From: Candidatus Eiseniibacteriota bacterium
GTDB taxonomy: Bacteria > Eisenbacteria > RBG-16-71-46 > SZUA-252
Direction: 5' to 3'
NCBI GenBank assembly: GCA_963703225.1
Contig: OY969801.1
Span: forward strand, 2,752,001-2,816,000
DNA: 64,000 nucleotides
The notes beneath the pieces are model-generated. The model searched no databases. It saw nothing but the letters and a program-made list of their open reading frames with translations, and was not told the origin of the DNA. The translations under genes and the position numbers were made by a program. Below are positions 36,906 through 45,739 of this stretch, one piece after another (positions within the stretch are counted from its first letter, which is position 1; each line of letters opens with the position of its first letter).

Positions 36906-39375
36906 ATGCGACTTGCTCCAAGAACCCGCCTGGGCACTTACGAAATCCTCGGCTCGCTCGGTGCGGGCGGCATGGGCGAGGTGTACCGCGCGCGCGATTC
37001 GCGCCTCGGTCGCGAGGTGGCGATCAAGGTGCTGCCCGAGGCCGTGGCCTCTTCCCCCGACCGCCTGGCCCGTTTCGAGCGCGAGGCGCGAACCGTCGCG
37101 GGCCTCAACCACCCTAACATCGTCACGCTCTTCTCCGTCGAGGACGAGGACGGCGTCCGGTTCCTCACGATGGAGCTGGTCGAAGGCGAAAGCCTGGATC
37201 GCCTGGTCATCCCCGGCGGCCTTCCGATCCCGCGCGTGCTGGATCTTTCCCTCGCGCTCGCCGGCGCGCTCGTCGCAGCGCACGAGCGCGGCGTCATTCA
37301 CCGGGATCTGAAACCGGGCAACGTCATGGTGACAGGCGACGGATGGGTGAAGGTGCTCGACTTCGGCCTGGCGAAGGCCGCGTCTATGGAGGGCAAAGGC
37401 GAAGGCGCCGGCCAAGCCGCGACGATCGGCGCGACCGCCCAAGCGCCGATCTCGGGCTACGGCCAGGTGCTCGGCACGGTGCCCTACATGGCGCCGGAGC
37501 AGGTTCGCGGCGATACGGTGGACGCGCGATCGGATCTCTTTGCCTTCGGCGCCATCGTCTACGAGCTGGCGACGGGACGTCGTCCGTTCGCCGGCTCGAC
37601 ACCTGCCGACGTGACGTCCGCAATCCTCCGCGACGTGCCGGCTCCGGTGGTCAGCCTACGCGTCGATCTTCCCCGCGATCTCAATCGAATTGTGGTGCGT
37701 TGCCTGGAGAAGGACCCCCGCGATCGGTTCCAGACCGCCCGCGACGTCTACAACGAGCTTCGCTACGTCGTGAAGGAAATGGGGCTGGGAACGGCCGCGC
37801 TGACCCCGAGCCCCGGGGTGACGCCGAGGGCGGCGCCGGCACCGACCCCCATGTGGCAACCGACGCCGGCGCCAGCGATGCCCGGGTCCCGCCCGGCGAT
37901 GGCGGTGGCCACACCGCCACCGCCTACGCCTTCTCCTTCGGGAACGTCGGCATCGGGGATGGGTTTTGCGACCGCCACAGGGCATCCCGTCCATCGCCGT
38001 GCTTCCGTTCGTGAATCGGAGCCGCGGCGAGGAGGATGAGTACTTCTCGGACGGGCTCGCCGACGAGCTGCTCAACGTGCTCACCAAGATCCGAGGGCTT
38101 CGCGTCGCCGCGCGCGCGTCGTCGTTCCAGTTCAAGGGAAAGAACGAGGACCTCGCGACGATCGGCGAGAAGTTAAACGTGGCCACCCTTCTCGACGGCA
38201 GCGTGCGTAAGTCCGGGAATCGAGTTCGGATCTCGGTACAGCTCGTCAAGGCATCCGACCGGGTCCAACTATGGTCGGAGACCTACGACCGATCTCTGGA
38301 CGACATCTTCGCCGTGCAGGACGACATCGCCCAATCGGTGGTGAAGGAGCTTCGCGCCACGCTCCTCCGCGAGACGGATTCCGACGCGAGCGGAACGGCC
38401 AAGGCGGACGTTGCGGCCGCGGTCGCGGGACATGGGCAAAGTCCGGAGGCCCATCGCCTGTACCTCCAGGGGAAGTATTTCGTCGACAAACTCAACCAGG
38501 ACGACACGGAGAAGGGGATCCAGTACTTGAACGAAGCGCTGGCGATGGACCCGTCTCACGCCGCGGCGTGGGTCGAGCTGTCTCGCGCGCACGCGAACTG
38601 CGGGGCCTATGGTTGGAAGCCGGTGGTTGAGGGATATCGAAGGGCCCGCGAGGCCGCGCTGCGCGCGCTCCAGCTGGCGCCGGGCCTGGCGGAAGCGCAC
38701 GTGAGGCTCTCGGCCATCCAGAGAACGCATGACTGGGACTGGAATGGCGCGGAGGAGTCGATTCGAAAGGCGCTGCAACTCGCTCCGGGAAGCGCCGAGG
38801 TGCTTCGGTCCGCCGGGGGACTCGCACACATGCTTGGCCGCCTCCAGGAAGCGGAGAGCCTGATCCGCCGATCGATCGAACAGGATCCGCTGAACGCGGG
38901 CGGCTACACCGTGATCGCACAGGTCTATCGCTCGTTGGATCGTCTGCCCGACGCCGAGAAGGCCTATCGGAAAGCCATCGAGCTCTCCCCGCAGCGGATC
39001 GGAGCGCATATGGTGCTGGCGATCATCCTCGCGGATCTAGGGCGGGACTCGGACGCGCTGGTTGCCGCCAGCATGGAGCCGGCGGATTGGGCGCGACTGA
39101 CCGCTCTCGCCTACGTGCACTCCCTTGGGGGCCGAAAGAGGGAGTCGGACATCGCGCTCCAGCAGTTGGAGACAAAGCACGCCGTCGATTCCGCGTATCA
39201 GATCGCGGCGATCCATTCACAGAGGGGGGACCTGGACTCCGCCTTCACCTGGATCGATCGCTCGATCGCCGAGCGCGACGCGGGTACCGCCCAGGTGGTC
39301 GTCGAGCCGGCGTTCCGGCCCCTCCACGGTGACCCGCGGTGGGCCGACGTCTTGAAGAAGGTGGGCCGAGGCTAG
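36906..39375 (+). pseudogene. Ser/Thr kinase-TolB-TPR gene split by a +1 frameshift (36906-38039 and 37966-39375)
   Basis: Complete kinase domain in the first ORF; SIAVLPFVN...YFSDGLADEL and TPRs in the +1 frame; the same architecture is contiguous in the gene at 1-2086. Confidence 0.85.
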
Positions 39376-39388
39376 GAGCGCCGCGGCA

Positions 39389-39414
39389 GCCCCGGCAGCT
39401 TTCGCCGCCGGGGC
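39389..39414. terminator. GC hairpin between convergent genes
   Basis: GCCCCGGCaGC-tttc-GCcGCCGGGGC. Confidence 0.4.
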
Positions 39415-39495
39415 CCATATCGCCAGCCCGGCGGAGGAAAGGCGACGACCCCGGCGCGGCCCTCCGGTAATGGCTCGACTGGTCGGGCGCAAATC

Positions 39496-39978
39496 CTAGC
39501 GCCCGACCGTCGAACGAATCTTCGCGAGATGGTGAAAGCTGTGACGGACGGCGTGATCTTCGAGGAAGAACTGGGCCGTCAGCGGCGCGTCCGCGTTCAG
39601 CGACACGGGCGCCGCCGCATCTAATTGCTCGTCCGAGAACGCGCGGATGGCCTCGGCGGCGGCCCTACTGTTCCGGCGCAGGAACTCCAGGGCCTCCTGC
39701 TTAGAGACCCCGGCGTGCTCCTTGGCGTGCTTCGCGTTGATCTCGGCTACTACGTCCCACGTGACGCCGGCCACCGGCTTTCCGGCCGCAAGGCCCTGGG
39801 CGAGCTGGATCTCAATGGGATACATGTTGCCGACATGGTGCACGATGACCCCGACGGGCCGCCCATCATGCGGGATCTTCATCCGCCATTCCGCATCCGA
39901 AAGAGATTCAGCCAATTTCGCGAGGGCTCCCGCCCCCTGCTCCAGTCGTTCCGCGAGCAACTGCGACCGACGTCCCAT
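39496..39978 (-). CDS. DinB-family protein
   Basis: LSDAEW...VIVHHVG...HSFHHLAKI; SD GGAGG. Confidence 0.85.
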   Translation of the reverse strand: MGRRSQLLAERLEQGAGALAKLAESLSDAEWRMKIPHDGRPVGVIVHHVGNMYPIEIQLAQGLAAGKPVAGVTWDVVAEINAKHAKEHAGVSKQEALEFLRRNSRAAAEAIRAFSDEQLDAAAPVSLNADAPLTAQFFLEDHAVRHSFHHLAKIRSTVGR

Positions 39979-40403
39979 TGGTTCCTCCATTTGCCTAAAG
40001 GTTCGCCGGTCCATGCTTCTGTGCAGGCTCGAGCACGCCCCGGCACCACGAAATTGGGAAGCGAGAATTATACGTCCGACAAGAAGGACGGGGCCAGATC
40101 CTGCGAACGGGCCGAACAGCCTTCGAGGCCGTGTGGATCGGCGCCTGGGAACGCGCCAGGATCCCAGCTTCGAAGTAGCCATTTGCTCGGTCAATCGCGC
40201 CGCTTCGGCCAACACCCCAGCGGGGACCCCGTCCCGCGCGGCCGCGGTACAACTCCGCCCGTCCCACGGGCATCCCTCCTCCGGAGGCCAAGCAGCGCGT
40301 CACCTCTAGGGCAACCGATCCCGCCGTAGCCCCAACGCCTCGACGGACCCGTCTGTACCTTCTTGGTGAGGGACGCAAACAACCCTACCCAAGGAGACGT
40401 GCC

Positions 40404-41021
40404 ATGAAACCAATCCTTCGAACCGCCATCATCGCTTCGGTGCTTGCTTTCGCCCCGTTCGGCATCGCGCTCGCACAGGTCGATCCCACGCCCCCGCCCG
40501 GCGATGAGGAATGGGCGACGCCCGCACCAGATGAATTCGCCGATGCGAGCCCCATGGGGGACCCGGGTGGGATGGGCTGGGGCGGCACCGGTGGGATGTG
40601 GGCCCACGGGAGCCGCGGAGGCTCCATGGGGATGATGCTTGGAGGTGGACTGCTGCGGCCAGGCGGCCGTCTCGCGGGGGAGTTGGACCTCACCGACGTG
40701 CAGCGGAACAAGCTTCAGACGCTCGCCGACGACCTCGCGCGGAAGGAGATTCGGATGCGCGCGGACCTGGCGATCGCGCGTCTGGACTTGGTCACGTTGT
40801 TGCGGGCCGACGCGCCGACCCAGTCTGATGTGGACGCCAAGGTGAATGCTGTCACGCGCCTCCAAGGCGACATGATGAAGGCCGGCCTGACGGCCAGGCT
40901 CGAAGCCCGAAAGGTGCTCACCGCGGACCAGCGAAAGAAGATGGAGGACCTGAGATCACAGCGGATGCGCGGTGATGGGCACGGCAACAGGCGCGGGCGC
41001 GGAACGCGCGACGGGAATTAA
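40404..41021 (+). CDS. Spy/CpxP (LTxxQ) family periplasmic protein
   Basis: Signal peptide, Gly/Met-rich linker, LDLTDVQ and VLTADQR motifs. Confidence 0.88.
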   Translation: MKPILRTAIIASVLAFAPFGIALAQVDPTPPPGDEEWATPAPDEFADASPMGDPGGMGWGGTGGMWAHGSRGGSMGMMLGGGLLRPGGRLAGELDLTDVQRNKLQTLADDLARKEIRMRADLAIARLDLVTLLRADAPTQSDVDAKVNAVTRLQGDMMKAGLTARLEARKVLTADQRKKMEDLRSQRMRGDGHGNRRGRGTRDGN

Positions 41022-41052
41022 CGGGACATCCGGGACGCGAAAGGGAGAGAGA

Positions 41053-41679
41053 ATGCGTCGAATCTTGATCGGGCTCGCGTTGCTTGTTGCGACTTTCATC
41101 GGCGCTCGGGCGGCTTACTCGGGCGAATCCAAACATCCACCCGACCTGAGCGGCACGTGGCGCTTTGACCCCAGCCGGAGCGACGCTCCCCCCGCATGGG
41201 GTGGCGGCGGGCACGGTGGTGGCGGGCATGGCGGCGGAGGGCACGGGGGGGGCGGTGGTGGCTGGGGGGGTCACCACGGCGGATACCACGGCGGCGGGGG
41301 ATACGGGGGCGGGCCGGAGGGGAGTTCTGAAAGCGGCCAAGCCCACGCGCGCCCCATGCGACTTCCGGACATTTTGCGCATCGAGGAACAGCCGGAGTAC
41401 GTCGTCCTTGAGGATTCGACAGGCGCAGACCTGATGCAAATCGTGATCGGCGACGGGAAGGTGACCTCGAATCCGGCGGCGGCGGTGCTACGCGCCCAAG
41501 GAGAGTGGAAGAAGGATCAGCTCGAGGCGAAGCACGAGGACGACCGCGGATTCAAGATCACCCAGACTTACGCCCTAGAGGACAAGGGGCGCACTCTCGA
41601 GATCACCACAAAGATCGAGGGCCGACGCTCGTTCGAAGGCAAGCGGGTGTATGTGCGGGAGGGCCCGGCCAAGACGTAG
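41053..41679 (+). CDS. Secreted lipocalin-like protein with Gly/His-rich insert
   Basis: Signal peptide, PDLSGTW.FD..RS, GGGGH repeats, terminal KRVY. Confidence 0.75.
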   Translation: MRRILIGLALLVATFIGARAAYSGESKHPPDLSGTWRFDPSRSDAPPAWGGGGHGGGGHGGGGHGGGGGGWGGHHGGYHGGGGYGGGPEGSSESGQAHARPMRLPDILRIEEQPEYVVLEDSTGADLMQIVIGDGKVTSNPAAAVLRAQGEWKKDQLEAKHEDDRGFKITQTYALEDKGRTLEITTKIEGRRSFEGKRVYVREGPAKT

Positions 41680-41741
41680 GAAGACTGCCGGACGATGGCG
41701 GCGGGCCCGGCTCCCCCGGGGCTCCACTATGGCCGCCCCGC

Positions 41742-42068
41742 TCACAGCGAATCGAGTCCGGGAGGGCTCGTGATCCGCGTCTCGGGCTTCCGGGCTTCCT
41801 CTTCCCGAACCAAAGCTGCGCTCGCCGAATCTCCTGGCACGAGCTGCTGCATGCGGCGCGCGAACTCGAGCGCCTGACTCCGATATCGATATCCGGAGTC
41901 TCGGTACATTCGCATAAGGTGACCCACCACGCTGGTATCCGTTGGAGAGACGCCGAACGCTCTAAACGAGAAGGCGTCGATCGTCGTGTTCCGACTCGGC
42001 TCCGCGAACACGACGGCCACGAGCGACGCGAGGAACGCTCCCGCAAACAGATTCCGCCCGCTACCGGG
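41742..42068 (-). pseudogene. Possible 3' gene remnant
   Basis: Open frame (hydrophobic stretch then helical segment, ...SQALEFARRMQQLVPGD...) without SD or a convincing start. Confidence 0.3.
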
Positions 42069-42196
42069 CTACCACGACCTTCCTTGCCCCGTCCCCGCCC
42101 GACCCCTCGAAACAAATCGCCCCACGCGGCGCTACCCACGTGGGGCGCCTTGCATTTCTTTACGGCACGTCGACGCAACGTCGCGCCTAGGTTGTG

Positions 42197-42904
42197 TTAA
42201 TGCGCCCCTACGTGCACGCCCTTGGCGGCCGCTTGGATCAACGCGGCCACAGCTCGCGGCTTCGACACATAAATTGCGTGACTACCCTTCTCCTCGACGA
42301 CCGTCGAACCGGCCCTCTTGGACATGCCGCGCTGGGCATCGGGTGGAATCATCTTGTCTTCGGTCGCCACCAAGTACCAGCTCGGCTTGCTCCTCCACGC
42401 TGGCACGCTGATCGTGCCTTTGAGAGCCTCCACACCCCACGGCAACTGCGAGTCGGCCATGAAGGCGGCTTTCTCCTCGTCCACGTCCGCAGCGAAGGAG
42501 GCGCGGAACTTCGCCTTGTCGAGGAACAAATAACCGTTCCGCGGTGGCAGGATCGGCGGCACCGGCGCGCCAGGTGGCGGATTCTTGATGAGCGCGTCCA
42601 CGGACTCGCCTTTGTCGGGAGCGAAAGCTGCGATGTAGACGAGCCCTGCAACCTTTGGGTCGTTGCCGGCTTCGGTTATCACAACTCCGCCGTAGGAGTG
42701 GCCGACGAGGATTGCGGGGCCCTCCAGCGCATCCAGGACGAGCTTGGTTGCCGCCACGTCGCCGGCGAGCGACTCGGTCGAGTGTTGGACAATCTCCACA
42801 TTGTAGCCGTCCTTCCTGAGGATCTTGTACACACCCTCCCAGCCGGCGCCGTCTACGAATCCGCCGTGCACGAGCACCACGTTCAATGCGTTTGTTCCGG
42901 TCAT
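42197..42904 (-). CDS. Alpha/beta hydrolase
   Basis: VLVHGGF, LVGHSYGG, DKMIPP, GSH; SD AGGAGG. Confidence 0.93.
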   Translation of the reverse strand: MTGTNALNVVLVHGGFVDGAGWEGVYKILRKDGYNVEIVQHSTESLAGDVAATKLVLDALEGPAILVGHSYGGVVITEAGNDPKVAGLVYIAAFAPDKGESVDALIKNPPPGAPVPPILPPRNGYLFLDKAKFRASFAADVDEEKAAFMADSQLPWGVEALKGTISVPAWRSKPSWYLVATEDKMIPPDAQRGMSKRAGSTVVEEKGSHAIYVSKPRAVAALIQAAAKGVHVGAH

Positions 42905-43189
42905 GACAACCTCCTCTTACAGAGTGTGCCGGCCACCACACCCCCCCGCACCGCCGAGTAAGCTACCCCTCGGTTCCGAGGCGGTCAAGGCTCGGTCGCC
43001 GCAGCGGACTTTCCGTCCCGGAGAATGACCTGAACCCATTGGATTCCAGCGATGTCGGACCCATTGATGGCGACTGCGCTTCGCCGCTAACATCGCGCCC
43101 GTCCGCCGGATCTGGGAAGGCCCCAGGGTGGTGCCCCCGGGACCTCTCCGAGCTGGCTGCCGCGTGCGTGAATCATCTTCTGGACATCG

Positions 43190-45550
43190 TCATGATAAGG
43201 ATCCCTGTTCTTTGCGCGAAGTGACGCCGCTTCGGCGCTGGTAGATGAACGAGAACACCAACAGGACGGCCCCCACGCCGAGCGCGATGACAAAGCGCCA
43301 GAATACGTCCACACGCTGAAGGTCGAAGAGGACGAACTTCGCCAAGGTCACTCCGACAAGCCCCAGCCCCGTCCACCTTACAAAGGCCGAGCCGCGCGCC
43401 CATCCGAGCGTGAGGAGCGCTCCGGCCTGGAGGATCCAGGCAGCGCACGTAATCCCCGCGGCGAGCATTGCATTCGATTGATCTAGGTTTGAGCCTATCG
43501 CCACGCCTGGTGCGATCACGGACGCCAGATGGCCTGCTTCGCGCGCGGTCCAAGAGAGCAATGCGACGTTCGCGGCGATCAGGGCAACCTCCGGCGAGCG
43601 GCGCTCGTTTCCGCCTAGCTCGGAGCGACGGGACCAAAGGAACGCCGCCACGATCATCAGCACCGCGATACACAGGAGGGTCAGGAGTCCAGCCGGGTAT
43701 AGAACCGGCGGGTCGCCCGCTTTCCAATACTGCCCTTCGGTGAGGGCCACGAGGAATGGGATAGAGCCGATTGCTGCGACGGCATAGCCGACGTGCCGCA
43801 GGACCGGCGCCCGCCGGACGGACGCCAGGAAGACCAGGAGCCCCGATTGCACAATCCAGGCAACGCCCACGATGAGCGTCGAGTCGACGGTGGCGACTGT
43901 CGGTGCGACAGGAGGAGCCTGGCCCTGCGCGGCGGTCAGGACAGGCGCGCCAAGAGCCGCGATCCATCGCGCAATGTACGGCGCCTCTCTGTAGAGCCAG
44001 GCCATGATGAGCGCGTTGGTAGCGACGAGCAACATGCCGGGCGCGTGGCGTTCGCTGTCGGAGAGCGATTCCCGGCTCCGCCCTATGCGATCCGAGACAG
44101 CAAGGAAGGCTGCGACGCAGAAAAGATCACGCAGCGCCGCTCCATTGAAGATGCCGATACCGCCGCCGGCCACTGGATCGTAGCTGGTTGGAGTGGTCAG
44201 CAGGCGCGATAGCACGAGCAGAGACACACCATAGCCTAGACCGCGGATCCACCCGGCGCGGGGTGCGGTGCCGAGCCAGATCAGCGATACTCCCTCGACG
44301 CACCACGCCAGCGAAAGGTACTCGCTCGCCAGGAGCCGCTCGAGTGCGGCAGCCAGAAAGATGGTCGCGGCGGCCGTCAGCGGGCGCCAAAGATCCCGCT
44401 CCGATCTCCTAGCGTCCACCCATAGCGCGGTAAGCAGGTTCACGAAGCTGAGGGCCAAGAGCAGCCCTCCCGTCGTCACTCCCTTCCTGGCGGCAAGATA
44501 GGAAAGCGTTGTGATGAGGAGGAGCATCGGAGCCATTGCCACCACCGCGAGATCGATGCCGCGGACCGGACCCGGATTCCGGGCGAACCGGACCACGGGT
44601 GCCATTCCGAGCGCCGTGAACAAAGTGCTCAGCCCGAGCTGGATCGGAAAGCTCCAGACGGCGCCCCTCGTGTGAATGACCCAAGTCATACTCGTCAGAA
44701 CGAGGGCCATGAGAACGAGTCCGCTCCAGCCCCTAAGGGCGGTGAGGGCGAAGACGACCACGTTCACGACGGCAAAGTATCCGAGGAGGGCCGGGAGCGA
44801 GAGATGGAACCCCGAGCCCGACATCGAGGCCACGAGGAGAGGAACGAATGCTCCCACGACGCCAAGTGACGCGATGACGGCCTGCGTTCGACGTAGCCCG
44901 ATGTCCACGGTGAGGAACGAGAGCAGGGATAGGAGCGCGAACGTCGCCCACCCGGAGAGAACGTTCATCCGGAAGTGCCCCTGGTAGAGCGTGATGTAGA
45001 CGACCCCGAGACCCACCCCGAGAAGCGCGTGGCCCAGCGGACGAAGCGTTCGCGCGATGCGGTCTCCGCGCCACGCCAGGAGGACACCAAGGAGGACTCC
45101 CGCGACGACGAGGATCTCCGGTCCGATCTTCCCCTTGGTGTAGCCCCATAGAATGAGAAAGAAGGTGCCCAAGAGAAGAAGTACCGACCCCACGTTCTGA
45201 AGCCAGATCCCCCCAACGAGCTGCTCGAGCCGTGCGGAATCGAGCGTTGGAGCAGCCGCGATGGCGCGGATGGGCTCCAGGGCTGGGACAGTATGCATGG
45301 CGGGAGCAATTCCTGGGGCCGCGGGCGCCGGCATCGTGGACGTGGCCATGGCTGTGGGAGCGGGAGCCTCCCTTCCTATCACATCGACGTTCTTCTTCCC
45401 GGCCCCGAACTCTGCCTCCAGCGCATCGAGTCGGTGGCGAATTCGACGAAGCTCCTTCTTCGAGTCGACAGCGATCACGAGAGCGATGACCGGAAGGAGA
45501 AGCCAGGCCAAACTGAGGAGCGCGACGAAGAGGGCGAATTCGAGATTCAC
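43190..45550 (-). CDS. DUF2339-like polytopic membrane protein
   Basis: LEQLVGGIWL..VG...LLLG..F, many TM segments, C-terminal KFVLFDL...WRF; SD AGGAGG before GTG 45550. Confidence 0.85.
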   Translation of the reverse strand: MNLEFALFVALLSLAWLLLPVIALVIAVDSKKELRRIRHRLDALEAEFGAGKKNVDVIGREAPAPTAMATSTMPAPAAPGIAPAMHTVPALEPIRAIAAAPTLDSARLEQLVGGIWLQNVGSVLLLLGTFFLILWGYTKGKIGPEILVVAGVLLGVLLAWRGDRIARTLRPLGHALLGVGLGVVYITLYQGHFRMNVLSGWATFALLSLLSFLTVDIGLRRTQAVIASLGVVGAFVPLLVASMSGSGFHLSLPALLGYFAVVNVVVFALTALRGWSGLVLMALVLTSMTWVIHTRGAVWSFPIQLGLSTLFTALGMAPVVRFARNPGPVRGIDLAVVAMAPMLLLITTLSYLAARKGVTTGGLLLALSFVNLLTALWVDARRSERDLWRPLTAAATIFLAAALERLLASEYLSLAWCVEGVSLIWLGTAPRAGWIRGLGYGVSLLVLSRLLTTPTSYDPVAGGGIGIFNGAALRDLFCVAAFLAVSDRIGRSRESLSDSERHAPGMLLVATNALIMAWLYREAPYIARWIAALGAPVLTAAQGQAPPVAPTVATVDSTLIVGVAWIVQSGLLVFLASVRRAPVLRHVGYAVAAIGSIPFLVALTEGQYWKAGDPPVLYPAGLLTLLCIAVLMIVAAFLWSRRSELGGNERRSPEVALIAANVALLSWTAREAGHLASVIAPGVAIGSNLDQSNAMLAAGITCAAWILQAGALLTLGWARGSAFVRWTGLGLVGVTLAKFVLFDLQRVDVFWRFVIALGVGAVLLVFSFIYQRRSGVTSRKEQGSLS

Positions 45551-45739
45551 ATCGCCTCCTGACCCCCCGCGGGGCAACGCACGGGTTGTACTACTGGACG
45601 TCTGCGCCAGTCCTCGAGGAGGTGGGACTCCTACGCCGCGCGATCACGGCCGGGATGATAGGCTCAATGCTGCGCCCGATCCAGCGGGATATCGCTCCCT
45701 GAGGGCCCTACCGTTCGCTGTCCCGCGGGGAGCGGTGAG

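Noticed and set aside
37961..37967. G GGT TTT as a programmed -1 slippery heptamer
   Set aside because: It is in phase, but the downstream ORF is in the +1 frame, so a -1 shift would not join them
42930..43190. Possible degraded ORF downstream of the DUF2339-like gene
   Set aside because: Needs several frameshifts and has no recognisable motif
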